Source: Octopus bimaculoides
Taxonomy: Eukaryota
Assembly (NCBI RefSeq): GCF_001194135.2
Contig: NC_068989.1
Span: 4,821,632-4,885,560, forward strand
Reading direction: 5' to 3'
Length of the DNA: 63,929 nt
Shown here in pieces: positions 12,053 to 24,662 of the stretch. The translations under genes and the position numbers were made by a program. The notes beneath the pieces are model-generated. The model had not been told where the DNA came from. It worked only from the letters and a program-made list of their open reading frames with translations, and searched no databases. Within the stretch, counting starts at the first letter, position 1, and each line of letters starts with the position of its first letter.

Positions 12053-13089
12053 GTCTTGTAGCAAAATCTATTTTTACTCTAAAATTTTCAAATAGAATTA
12101 TAGAAAAACTGGTCGTTTGTGGATCAACAGGATTTTTTAAGCAAGGATGTAGTTCAAGGGAACTAAAATTCTTCAGTGGTATTGTATTGCTAATAATAAA
12201 AGTAATAATGATCTTCTCTTTATTCATGCCACAAATATATTGAATGAGGAGACATTACAGGAACAAATTACAAAAAAAAAAAGAAAAAAATGTGAAGCTA
12301 TCATGTATGAATTGGCCACTTTTGGCCAGGAAAGAAACCCCATGAATCTAGAATTCCTCTGAATACAAAGAGTGCCTTCTCACTTTTCCATGCTTGCATG
12401 GATTGGACAGAATGATTATGGTTTACTGTTGTTATAACTGGCAAATTATCAAATGTCTAATCCAAAGAAAGGATTACACATTTGCTAATTCGCCAGATGA
12501 AACTATAATAAAATGTAATTTGGTATTGTTGTGTCAACTTAATTTATTTTGCTCTGTCTCTAGCATTGAGGACTTTATAGTAGTTCTTGTACAAATATTG
12601 AATACACACACACACACACACACACACACAGATGTTTAAATATGTATACGTAGTGTTGTGCATAGAAACAACCATTAATTGAAGGATCACTCAATACATT
12701 TAATTAGATTATTAATATTTTTCATATTAACCCACTGCTCTTGGTTCTATGATGCTAACTTCCTGTTTAAAGTGATCTTAATTAAAAAACCCTCCATCAA
12801 AATTTCATGTCAATTTGTGTCCCAAAACGCCAGCTTTAATAATGATGAAGTTGTTTTATCTAATTCTTCAATTCTCTAAATTCATTGACATAAAAGGCTG
12901 TGTATCTCAACAAAAATATTGTAATGAAAGGGTTAAAGGAAAAGATTGATGTTGAGTTGGAAGTTTCCAGAACTATAGTGGAGGACACTTACCCAAGGTG
13001 TTATGCAGTAGGACTGAACCCAAAACCATGTGAATTTCTTAACTACACAGCCATGTGTGCTTATATAATATATATATACACATACATAT

Positions 13090-13124
<35 letters not shown>

Positions 13125-14339
13125 GAAATACATAGATAACTTATGTATATGTATGTGTGTGTAAACACACACACACACACTCTCTGTATAAAGACTGGTG
13201 GTCTCTGTGTTGTCATGACTGCAGCGTTTCCATGGCAAAGTCCTAGGTGTGACTCATGCTAATCCGCAATGATAGTCAATCTCAGTCACTCCATCACTCG
13301 CATCAGGCTGGTAAAACCATATCGTCTGCAGGAAGTCTCACACACTCATTAACACACACTCATACACACACACACATGCACATAAACGTCTATGTGGCTA
13401 ATGTCACAACGGCAAAACTACACTAGTTGCATACCTGCAGACAAGCCATACTGTCATAGTGAGATACAGACACAAACATTGTTGTGTAAATTAGACTAAA
13501 CTGAATTAGTAAACACACACACACACACACATACATAGAGGCACGCATGCACACGCACACAGCAACTGAGACATATCCACTTACAAATACACACAGTGTT
13601 TGATGTTAGACTGTTAAATGACGACATCACACACACACACACACACACGCGCAAATACTGATACACATATACACTCTCTCATCACACATGTACACACAAA
13701 CACATACACTCTGTCTCATCACATACATACACACAAACACATACAATCTGTCTCATCACATACACTCTGTTTCTCATCACACACAAACACATACACTTTG
13801 TCTCTCATCGATCACACACACATGAAAGCACATGCATTCTGTCTGTTATCAAATACACACACACACACACACTCTCTCTCTCTCTCTCTCTCTCTCTCAT
13901 TCCTCTATACTACCTCATTTCTCTCTTTACACCAGTATATGGAGAGTGGTGGTTGTGAAAGGTGATGTGGTAGCTGACATAATGTTTGTATTTATATCCA
14001 TGTGCAAGTGTGTGAATATAGTGTATGGGTGGGAGAGAGAGAGCGAGTAAGGGGGAGAGCTGGAATGGAGATGGGAAGGGGGTGAGATGATGTATTGCAA
14101 GGAACGAGAGGCAAATAGATAAGGTGGTTGGCGTTGGGATAGACAGATTGATGGGTTGGGTTTGTAAAGGAGGGAGGCGGTATATGTGTTGTAATGTACA
14201 GGCTGTAGAATAAACAGGAGGAAATGGAAACTTGGAAGGGTTTCCCCAGTGTGTGTCTGTATATTGGTGTATATCACTGTATGTCATTTTGTAATACTGT
14301 GTGCCTACTTGTTTGTATAGCAATGTAATACAGTATATG

Positions 14340-15370
14340 TACAGTAAGTGTTATTGTCTATATATCAATCTGTGTTGTTGTCTTTATATTAATGCAAATA
14401 TCTGTTATTGTCTGTATATTAATGCAAGTATCTATTATTTTATATATATTGTCACTGTGAGTAAATTTGTATGTATATTGGTTTCAAATTTTGACACAAG
14501 GCCAGCAACTTTGGAAGGGTTTAGGTCATTTACATCAACCTCCAATGCTCAGCTGGTACTTGTTTTATCAACCCAAAAAGATGAAAGGCAAAGTTGATCT
14601 TGGTGAAATTTGAACTTAGAATGTAAAAGGTAGGCAAAATGCCACTAAGATTTTAGCCCAGCATGGTTACAATTTTACCAGCTCACCACCTTAACTTGTG
14701 TTCTGAGTTCAAATTCCACTGAGGTCAACTTTGCCTTTCATCCTTTCGGGCTTGATAAAAGTAAGTACCAGTTGAACTTTGTGATCGATGTAAGCAACTT
14801 ATTACCTCCCCCAAAATTGCTGGCCTTGTTCCAAAATGTAAAATCAATATTAAAGTATGTGTGGTAACGTTGTCTGTATATTAGTGTGTGTGTATGTTAG
14901 TGTGTAGGAGTTTACTCTCTGTATATTAATGTGTGTGTTTGTGTCTGTGTGATTTATTGTCTCTATATTAGTGTATATTTCATTGTCTGTACATTATTGT
15001 ATGTCTGTATACTAATGTATATCTTATACACTGTACAGTCATATCTGTGTGTGTGTGTATTAGTCTGTATACAAACTTATTAGTGAATTATTGTCTATAT
15101 TATTGTTGTCTGTTTACTACATTTCTGTTATATTCAGTACATTAATGTTCATGACTTATTTTCTGTATAGTCATGTATATTATTGTCTTATATGCTGTGT
15201 GTGAGTAACTTAACTATATACTAATGGGTGTGTTACTGTGTATGCATCATTGTAATTTATTGTCTATATATTAGATTATCAAATACATATATAAATTTGT
15301 ATGCATGTGTGTGTACTTAGAAGTGTGTCTTATTGCTTGTATATTAATCTGTTTGCATGTTATTGAATAT
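14340..15370. repeat. Degenerate AT-rich minisatellite (unit about ttattgtctgtatattagtgtgtg) interrupted by the SINE pair at 14476-14851
   Basis: The motif ttattgtct(g/a)tatatt(a)(a/g)tgt recurs many times on both sides of the SINEs. Confidence 0.7.
14476..14851. mobile_element. Head-to-head pair of Deu/Nin-domain-type SINEs
   Basis: The core gaggtcaactttgcctttcatcctttcgggcttgataaaagtaagtaccag is on + (14695-14851) and its complement is on - (14476-14694). The core resembles the Deu domain (from recall). Confidence 0.8.
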
Positions 15371-15840
15371 TGGAGGAAATCTCAAGGGGTTATGAAGTAA
15401 CTTTAAATGACTAAGAATCAGATATATATTGTATTGTAGGCTTGTCAGAAACTTACCACTAATGTATAGTACCTAGACATGATATGTTTGTTGTGTGTGT
15501 GTGTGTGTGATACTGGAGGAAGCTACTGTTCCATCTGAACCAGTTAGTCATCAGACGGTGCTTTAGTGAATACCTTGCTTGGGAACAGGTGAGGGTTAAC
15601 AACAAGTAGGGCATCTAACTGTAGAACATCTGCCTCAATATAGCTACATCTAACCCATGCAAGCATGGAAAAATGGATATTCAGATGATGATGATGATGA
15701 TGATGATGATGATATATCATAACATTTAAAGAAGAAAAAGCTCTATAACTATAAAGATTATTAGCATACTAATTATCAGGTAGCAAATATGTCTCAGCTG
15801 AGTTAAATATGAATAATTCTTTCATGCAACCTTATAACTA

Positions 15841-15844
<4 letters not shown>

Positions 15845-15887
<43 letters not shown>
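15845..15887. repeat. (TA)n microsatellite
   Basis: Direct reading. This is one of many (e.g. 23840, 24220, 28766, 29978, 53180, 62747). Confidence 0.95.
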
Positions 15888-15891
<4 letters not shown>

Positions 15892-17820
15892 TTAAAATAG
15901 TGTATTTATGTGTTATCATTATCATCATATTTTCTCTGTCCATGACCAATTCCGGATATAGCTGTGGTGATGTCATAATGTGTTTAGAAAAGAATACACT
16001 TGATTCTTTCTTCCGACATGTCGACTCCTGAAAGTTTTGTCTTTCTCCCTTGTGGCTCTCGTAATTTGTATGGGTGTGATGGGTGAGAGGAAGAGAATCT
16101 TTAGATGTAACACACATGCATGCATTTTCTTATAAGTGTGTATGTGTGAAACTGTTATGCATATATGTATGTATATGTGTGTGTGTGTCTCTTTGTATAT
16201 GTTCATCTCTTACGATTTACCATCCAGTAATGGTTTGTTTACATCACTATAATTTAGTTGTTGAACAAAATATGACTAATAGAATAAGTATCAGACTAAG
16301 AAACAAATTAATTAGTAGGTCAATTTGATTGACTAAACATTTTCTAGATTGGTGTCCCAGCTTGGCTGCTGTCCAATAACTGAAAGGATGAAAGGCAAGG
16401 TTGACCTCAGTGGAATTTGAACTCAGAACACAAGTTAAGGTGGTGAGCTGGTAAAATTGTAACCATGCTGGGCTAAAATCTTGGCGGCATTTTACATTCT
16501 AAGTTCAAATTTCACCAAGATCAACTTCACTATCTCTCTCTCTCTCTCTCTTTCAGTTTCCATCTACCAAACCCACTTGTTACGTTTTGGCTAGTCAGGG
16601 GATTATAGTAAAAGATAAGTACCCATGGTCTCATGTAGTACAACCAAAGCTGAAGCCATGTGACTGGGAAGCAAAGTTCTTACCATACAACCTGGAAATG
16701 TTATATTTTATAAGCATATCCATAAGATCTTATTGCTTAATATTGTTTACTTACTAAGATACTGAAACAATTCAAAACTAAAATGTAAAACTGACACAGA
16801 AACCATAAAATGACTACATAGAGTCTCCCTTAGTTTGCTAATCTCTTGGTTTGAATGTTGTTGTGGCCTAGTCCCCACACCAGAGCTAAGACAATCAAAA
16901 TGGAGACACTGTCATCCGTATTCTTTAGACACAGAATCAAATGTCTTTCATTTTCCTGACAGTGGCAGTAGTTTTGAATATTTCTTGTAAGTTGAACAAC
17001 TGTATAGAGGTTCCCTCATTAACTTATCTTTGAGTGTAGTTGTTGTTGTTGTTGTTGTTGTTGTTGGAACAGGTGCTGGTGCTGGGAGGGTTTAATGGAT
17101 GAGTCAGGTGTCTGATAGATGGCTTCTCCTTTTTTTCCATTTCTTTCCCTACTCTACTTCCCTATGTCTTCTTCTTCGCCCCACCTTCATACTTTTTAGT
17201 TTCCTCCTTCACCACCACCACCACTGCTGCCATCATTCAAGGATAGTTAAGGGAGAGTATAGGTGTTGGTTGCCATGGACTTGTTTGAGTCTTGAATATT
17301 GTTTAAAGTTTCTTACCATATTCTTTAGAAGGATCTGTGATAAGAAGGAAGGAAGGAGTGAAAGAAAGGAAAATGGAGTATAGAGGGAGAGGGATAAATG
17401 AAGAATGAAAGAAACGGAAAGGAGGAGGGACACAGTAAGTAAGAAAGAAGTGATTGATTGATTGATTGATTGATAGATGAAAAAGTGATTAAGTAGTATG
17501 GTAGGGGCAGAGATGTTCTCTTCCTGTTCCCGCCACTCTTACTGCTTTTTGTTTTGTTTTTCTTTTCTTTTCCTTTTGCTACTTTATCTTCCCTATTCTT
17601 TCTTAGCCTATTACAATCATCTTCAGCAACAACAGCAGTAGTAGTAGTACAGCCACCACCTCCACCACCACAATTACTAAACATCTTCCCCTAATTCTAT
17701 ATACCACTCCCACATAAGCTCCCATACTACACTCCTATTCTCTACATTGCCAAAGACATGGAAGATATAACAATAGCAATCAATGTTAAAGTGCATTCCA
17801 ACAGATCATAGACGTGCATG

Positions 17821-17857
<37 letters not shown>

Positions 17858-18027
17858 TATTTTGTTTCGTTTGTTTTTTTCCGTGGGTGGTGAATGGGTG
17901 TTTCAGAAGTTATGACAACTAAATAATACACACGCCTGCATTCACATACACATGCAAAACGTTCCCGTACATCCCTGCTCATTTTATGCATATGCATGTT
18001 CACATTGACACAAGTTGATTTAACTTT

Positions 18028-18030
<3 letters not shown>

Positions 18031-18078
<48 letters not shown>
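18031..18078. repeat. (AAT)n microsatellite
   Basis: Direct reading. Confidence 0.95.
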
Positions 18079-18080
<2 letters not shown>

Positions 18081-18289
18081 TGATGATGCCTTTGTTAATA
18101 ATAATGATAGTAGTAATAAAAATATATAGATAATATAACATAAGCGTGTGTGTGTAAGTAATACAGTGTGTATGTGTGGGTGTCTATTTTTGAAATCTCT
18201 GAGATATTTCTCTAAACAAAATGCTGGTTGCTGAATAAGAAACAAAACTCTTTCAATGGAATTTTGATAAGAGCAACAGTAGTAAGGAC

Positions 18290-18880
18290 CTACAGGGTGA
18301 AATTTAGAAAAGTTTTGCATATTTTCATTTTTCCACTGAAAGATTGAATTTGTAGAATCAATGTAGGATGACGCCTTTCTTTATTTGAAAACCCCAGTTT
18401 TTGAGATTGTTACTTAGACATTAAACAAAATAACCAGATCTGGCCTGGCATGACTCAACAACCACCAAGTTCACAAATGTCTATAAGTACTAAAGTTAAT
18501 TTATAATCTGGATAGAGAGGTTGTTGGTTTCAAGAAAGTGACTAACATTTTAATGAAACACTCACATCTGCTGGGCAGTTGACCGCAACATCAGTACATA
18601 TTCTGGCATTTGAATCTATTAGAAGTTTGATGGGAATGTGCTGCCAATATTCCTTGTGTTGAAGTCTGTGAATGTACTCAATGTTAGGAATATTTATTTG
18701 TATTTTTGTCCCAAGAATGTCCTCCCTTTGGATTGTGTTGTATGTTGTTTCAGCAACAACTGTCATGCTGTCGATTGCTAGTTTGCTTATAAGAAGTTTG
18801 TGACTTGACATTTTTGGACAGCTGCTGATCACATGTATAATGTCTTCCATACTTGTGCACCATAATCCATATAAGATGTT
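18290..18880 (-). mobile_element. RLE-type (restriction-like endonuclease; Hero/NeSL-like) non-LTR retrotransposon 3-prime fragment
   Basis: MEDIIHVISSCPKMS (zinc-knuckle HxxxxC), HKEYW, DVAVNCPADVSVSLK, YPDYKLTLV and QKLGFSNKERR..ILQIQSFSGKMKICKTFLNF. Decayed. Confidence 0.75.
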
Positions 18881-19144
18881 TAGATGTTGTGTGTGTATGT
18901 ATGTGCATCTGTTTGAATGTATGTGTGAATGCTTAAATCAGTGAAAATGTACACACACACACACTATACTATATATATTATATAAGAGTGTGTATGTGTG
19001 TGTGTGTGATATTGACTGTTCAAAGATAAAGCTACTGCTTTATAATCTGCCCCAGGTTATCTTTTTGGTATGCACAAATTAAGAGTAATTTGGGAGTCTG
19101 CACTGCCTGTCTGAAAGGAGAGGGAGTTCTTCAGTTCCAAAGTA

Positions 19145-19420
19145 GAATCACTTTACTGTTCATTAGTGTAGGCTCAGAAAAAAAAAGGTAGGAAACAAAC
19201 TTGATGGGACCTACACTTGTATGTTGTGTGCTGTTCTCAGCAAATCAGGGAAATAACATCCAATGAAGGAAGAGTTTTATGGAAATATCTCCACCATACC
19301 ATCAATCATTCAAGAGTGGAGGGCAAGATATGCCAGTCACTGATATTGAAGCAAAGATAATTTAGTGAGTTCCTGTGCCTTGGGCATTCTCATGTATGAT
19401 GCCCCAGAATGATGTACATT
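19145..19420 (+). mobile_element. RTE-clade LINE fragment (post-RT region)
   Basis: LDGTYTCMLCAVLSKSGK*HPMKEEFYGNISTIPSIIQEWRARYASH*Y*SKDNLVS matches the RTE pattern LDG.YTRMLR.vLn.sW..HpTkeeLYG.lp.is..ir.RRlrfaGHc.Rs. Confidence 0.75.
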
Positions 19421-19483
19421 GACCATCTCTCTCAAATTCCACCAAGGCTAACTTTGCCTTTCATTCTTTTAGAGTCAATAAAG

Positions 19484-19704
19484 TACAAGGGGGTGCTGAA
19501 AAGTTCCTGGCTTTAAGGGTATTGCGAAAGGTTTGATTGGGGGCCTAATCTTCCAAGTTCTTTTACAGGGCTTAGAAAAACTGAAGGACCACTGCAATAA
19601 GTATATGAATTTGAGAGGGAAATATGTTGGATAAAATCATAATTAACTGATCCTTCTGTAATTTTTTTCCCCCAAAGCCAGGAACTTTTCAGCAGCCCCT
19701 CATA
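19484..19704 (+). mobile_element. Mariner-derived MITE with TA target-site duplication, inserted in a Deu-type SINE
   Basis: TIRs caagggggtgctgaaaagttcctggcttt (19486-19514) and aaagccaggaacttttcagcagcccctca (19674-19702), 26/29 match, flanked by TA. The interior encodes the mariner C-terminus FLQGLEKLKDHCNKYMNLRGKYVG*. Confidence 0.9.
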
Positions 19705-19999
19705 AGTACCAGTTGAACACTGGGATTGATGTAATCAGCTAGTCCCCTCCTCAAGAAAATTCAGGCCTTGTGCCTATCATAGAAAGGATTGTTATTATAC
19801 TGTCAGGCTTTACATTCTGAGTTCAGATTCCACCAAAGTCACCTTTGCCTTTCATCCTTTCAGAGTTGATGGAATAAGTACTAGATGAACACTGAGAGGG
19901 AAGATATAATTGTTATCCCCACCCCCATCATCCAATCCCCTAAAATTTCAAGCCTTGTGCCTATTGTTGTTGTTGATAAGGGTGACTTCTAGTCCATTA

Positions 20000-20390
20000 A
20001 TGCAAGTTTCTTGCTGGAATTGCAGCCACTAAATGGTTTATCAATGCAGAAATGTTTTAAATGCCAAAGGAATTATCATCGTTGTGAGACAACGTGTTGT
20101 AAACTTCCATTTTGGTCCTATTACATGTGTCTGGTAGATCAATCATGTTCTATTTCATTGTTGTAATTTGCCAGGTAGAATTTCATTTTCATGATAGTAT
20201 TTTGATATTACCTTCGTCCATGTTGCGTTTGATGAGTGACCAGTTGATGTCCAAATGACCGACACTTTATTCCTTCAAGTGGCAATAAATATCTGTATAA
20301 GCTGGATAAGGTTCAGGCATTCCTCTTTCCTGGTTTGCTGACTGCAGATTTATGATAGGAGAACATGCTTTTATGGCTGGTTTGACTCAC
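20000..20390 (-). mobile_element. Degenerate Penelope-like GIY-YIG C-terminal fragment (different subfamily)
   Basis: Minus strand HKSMFSYHKS..TLSSL..HLKE*SVGHLDINWSLIKR resembles the F..RY.NH..SF...ST.LS.YIW.LKE....I.WSII.R pattern. Confidence 0.5.
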
Positions 20391-21154
20391 ACATTATATA
20401 AATGTATACATCCACATACTTGGATATATCATACTTGAAAGTGTCTGATATTTGAATGTGTACATCTGAATGCTCACACACACTCATACATATTTATGAA
20501 AAAAAAAAGAGCATGATGATGATGATAGTACTGTGTGATTGTCATGGGATGATGTTGTTTATGATTGGTGTGATGGCAGCATCTAAATTTGACTGGATTG
20601 TAAACAAAAACAAAGAAAAAAAAAAAAGAAGCAGTGAAAAACCATCACAAAATCAAGCAAAATAACTGTAAAAATGTATACTGTCTTCTCTGAATTTCCC
20701 TCTTACTCTGTCTTTCGCATCATTTAATCTCTTTCTCCCTCTCTTTCTCTCACCCACACCGACACATGATGCACGCTCATCCTCTCTTCACCTTATGTGT
20801 CTGATATAGTTATTAAGGTGTCAGGAATACATTGACTGCGATCTATAACAGAAAACTGAATCATCAGAAGGGGTTTCCACCTCTGCTGCCATCGCAGAAG
20901 AATGAATGAAGGAATGTAGAAGAGGAGAGGAAGGAAGGAAGCAGGGTAGGGTGTGATGGGGAGTTAGGACAAGGGAGAGGAAGAAACAAATGGAAGAAGG
21001 AAAACTTAGTGCTATGAGGTTTGGCAATAGCGGTGGTGGCGGTGGTGTTGGTAGTGATGACGGAGGGAGGAGTTGAATGGGTAAGAAACCTGTTGTCAAA
21101 AACAATATGACTCTGATGCGTGCGTGTGTGCGTGCATGCGTGTGTGCATGTGCA

Positions 21155-21188
<34 letters not shown>

Positions 21189-21280
21189 CATTGAAGTGTA
21201 AAAAATTGCTGGCAGTTATGAAAGAATGAATAAATAAATATGATAATGTGGATAATGATGGTGATGATGATGACTGTAAT

Positions 21281-21315
21281 GGTGGTGGTGGTGGTGGTGG
21301 TGGTGGTGGTGGTGG
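21281..21315. repeat. (GGT)n within a wider (GAT/GGT)n low-complexity tract (about 21240-21460)
   Basis: Direct reading. It is the source of the poly-His, poly-Thr and poly-Val ORFs. Confidence 0.9.
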
Positions 21316-22414
21316 CGAATGTGATAATGGTGAATATAGTAATGTTGATAGTGCTGCTGTTGCTGATATTGATGATGAATAGAAGGATGTTGATCATGCA
21401 GATGAATAAAATGATGCTGATGGTGGTGATGAATAAACAATGGTGATGATGATGATGATGAATGTAATGAGATTATGAAAACAGGAAAGAATACAAGAGA
21501 AAAATGAAGAACAAAAAGCAATGAGACAACATTTATGCTACACAGGTGCACATACACACACATGCATATGCACACACAACACATAGCAGATTAGCGGAAA
21601 TAAATTAACACTTTCCGACACCTGAAGCGCATAGAGATATAAGTTTAACAATACAAGAGAACTTTTCATATTTGTGATGTTGATGGTAATGATGATGATG
21701 ATGACGATGATGATGATGATGATGATGATGGCAAGTGATGACAGTAATTATAGTTGTCAGGATGGTGGCATTGATGTGGGTAATCTTATAGGATACCAGT
21801 GATGGTGATGATGTTGAGGACATAATGAATTGCTAATTAAGCATAGGAAATTTAAAAATGTAAATATTTTCAATTCCACCCACTTGTAAAAAAAAATTAA
21901 AAAGACCCTTAAAGAAAGCAGAGACCCGCCTACCTTCTCACTCCACTGATAACTCCCCCCCCCCACCTCCAAACAGCTAATCTGCACCCCCTTTATATAT
22001 ATATGAAAAATAGAGGCTGTGTAGTAAGAAATTTGCTTGTGGAACCTTGAGCAAATGTCTTCTATTGTAGACCCAGACTAACTAAAGCCTTGTGAGTGGA
22101 TTTCCTGGACAGAAACTGAAAGAATCTCATGCGTGTATATGTGAGAGTGTATGTTTGAGCTTCTTTGCTTTGACAAATCCTTATTTCAATGTATGTGTGT
22201 GTGTGTGTATGTGTGTGTGTGAGTATATATTTGCCAACTAAGTGTGGCATCCTATACAGGACAATGCTACTGATGTTTATAGCCCCAGGAAGATATCTCC
22301 TCCAGCTGGCTAACGACATATTCTGTGTCCAATTAGTATTTGCAAGTGGAGGTCATCACTCTCATCTTTAGCCTTACGTGATACACACAGACCCGAGTTT
22401 CCGGGTGATAAACA

Positions 22415-22450
<36 letters not shown>

Positions 22451-22609
22451 CATTCTTTCACTTGTTTCAGTCACTTGACTGTAACCATGCTGGGGCTCTG
22501 CCTCAAATGGTTTTACTTGTTGCCTATGTTGACCCCCAATTCTTTCCAGTCATCTCAAATCCTCTGCATTCAGGGCCCATGTCTTACTGCCACACACCAT
22601 TTGTACTTC

Positions 22610-22740
22610 TAACATAACATCACACAATCTGCATATCCTTCTTCTGGCTTCAGCGATTGAGCTTTGCTCATGATAAGGAAGTGCCTTCTTGAATCTATTT
22701 GGTTATTTCTCACATTGTGATGCAGTGGAGAATACCACCA
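22610..22740 (-). mobile_element. Possible RTE LINE 3-prime remnant
   Basis: Minus-strand IQEGTS...IAEARRR resembles the RTE C-terminal i.eg...fE..RiaeA..kR. Confidence 0.3.
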
Positions 22741-23565
22741 CCACCAACAACAACACCAACAACAACAAATTCAAAGTAAGAGCAATAGTAATTTCATCCA
22801 TGGGTGATAGCATTAGCATTTTGCTGGGTGGCTTAGCATTATTTTATCATTTTCTTTTCAGAATTGTTATAATTTTGTTCTTTTTAAATCATCATCATTA
22901 TTTTTTGTGAGCTTTATTTTTTATTATATTTTTCCAGTAATGTGTTTTCATAAATATTTTTGTTGTTTTAAATTTATATATATTATCCCCCCCCCCTTTC
23001 ATTTTAACTTTTTCTGTATTTTTTTTTTAATTTTGTTTTATATCTCATAGTTTTGATGGAGAATATATAATTCTAGAGAAACGCTTCTCTATTGTGACAT
23101 CTTGTCATGCCAAAACTTCTTGGTTCTCTGATTTTCTGTTAAAATTGTTGTTGTTATTATGTAAGGAAAACATTATTATTATTAAGAAAATAAAGAAAAC
23201 ATTATTATTGCTTTTGTTGTTGCTGTTGTTTTAGTTGTTGCATCTGGGTATTTTCCGCTCTGATACACTAAGTCTTCAAGCTTTGGCAACCAGCCCTGGG
23301 ATTACTTCTTGGAGAATGAGCAGCTAATCTACCTTCTTCAGTCAGAAAGCTAAATACTACAAACACACAAACAAATACATTTCAAATACTGCAACACACA
23401 CACATTATTCATGATAAACACTAATAACACACACTCATATACACACAACTGCATTCGTCAACTATATACACATGTACAAATACAAATATACTCTCCTTTC
23501 TCAAATATATCATCACAGATTGGAACACATATATACATACAATACACAAACACAAAATATATAAC

Positions 23566-23602
<37 letters not shown>

Positions 23603-23835
23603 GTCTATATGTGTCTCTGTCCCAGAAAAAAACCCATTCTACATAAGCCAGCATGGAAAAGTGGACATAAAATGATGATATATAAATACACACACATAAA
23701 ACACACATACATACACACGAGCTTGTGTACACCTATGTATGTATGTGTGTGTGTGTGTATATATATATTCTTACACACACAGCCATATATGTCTGTGTAT
23801 GTATATGTGTATAGTGTGTGTTAGTGTATATATAT

Positions 23836-23878
<43 letters not shown>

Positions 23879-24245
23879 CGAGATGTATACATCTATATAT
23901 ATCTCTGTATCTCTATTCAGGCATGCCTTCTCAACTATATACTACTATAAATATAAATTCCATACACAAAAATATATTTACCGAAATAAGCCTACAGGCG
24001 TTTGCACAAATAAATGCATTCAAGTGCACACAAACATACATACACTCAAGCACACACATGCTAAATATACACAATGTAAACATACGTGTACCTATGTAGT
24101 GCCAGTCACCTCTTCCTCTCTGAGCTACTACCAATTGGCATCTGTTCATTTTTATTGTCTGCCCTCCGCTCATATTTACCATCGATCATCCCTGTTCACC
24201 ATTCAATACATTTACCTCATATATATATATATATATATATATATA

Positions 24246-24662
24246 CCGGAGTAAGCACATGAAATGTGCAACAAGATGGAAAAAAGAGTACTCAAATACC
24301 AGAGGTAGAGTAATATGCTTTATTTAAAAGCATCAGAAATATAACAAAAAAAACGTTACTCTGAGTTTCACGTTCCCGTTCATCGGACAGTTTTGTTAGA
24401 AATGGAGAAAGGATAACAATGCAATCGAAAGTAATATAAAATTTTAAACACATGGGTTCGTTTGATTGATTGTTTCAAATAAGGTGAATCTGTATTAAAT
24501 TTATTTGGTCTGTGAATTACGCATCATTGACCATTAATTGAAACGACCAATCCATGGCCCTTATTTGAAACAACCAATCAAACGAACCCATGTGTTTTAA
24601 ATTTTATATTACTTTCGATTGCATTGTTATCCTTTCTCCATTTCTAACAAAACTGTCCGATG
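24246..24662. mobile_element. Palindromic Penelope-terminus-like non-autonomous element in a (TA)n tract; right end lost in an assembly gap
   Basis: 24381-24484 and 24559-24662 are inverted repeats (102/104 identical by manual comparison) with a 74-nt spacer. It carries a hammerhead motif and is flanked by (TA)n on both sides. Confidence 0.7.
24342..24398 (-). ncRNA. Minimal type I hammerhead ribozyme motif (U4C variant core)
   Basis: Minus strand: UAACAAAACUGU CCGAUGA ACG GGAA CGU GAA ACUCAGAGU A ACGUUUUUUUUGUUA. It has a 3-bp stem II, a palindromic stem III (ACUC-A-GAGU), a GUA cleavage triplet and an imperfect stem I. Confidence 0.6.

Noticed and set aside
20821-20895. Minus-strand MAAEVETPSDDSVFCYRSQSMYS* after a pyrimidine tract (possible terminal exon)
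   Set aside because: No homology was recognised and there are no partner exons.
21188-21823. Poly-His, poly-Thr and poly-Val ORFs
   Set aside because: They are translations of (GAT)n/(GGT)n microsatellites.
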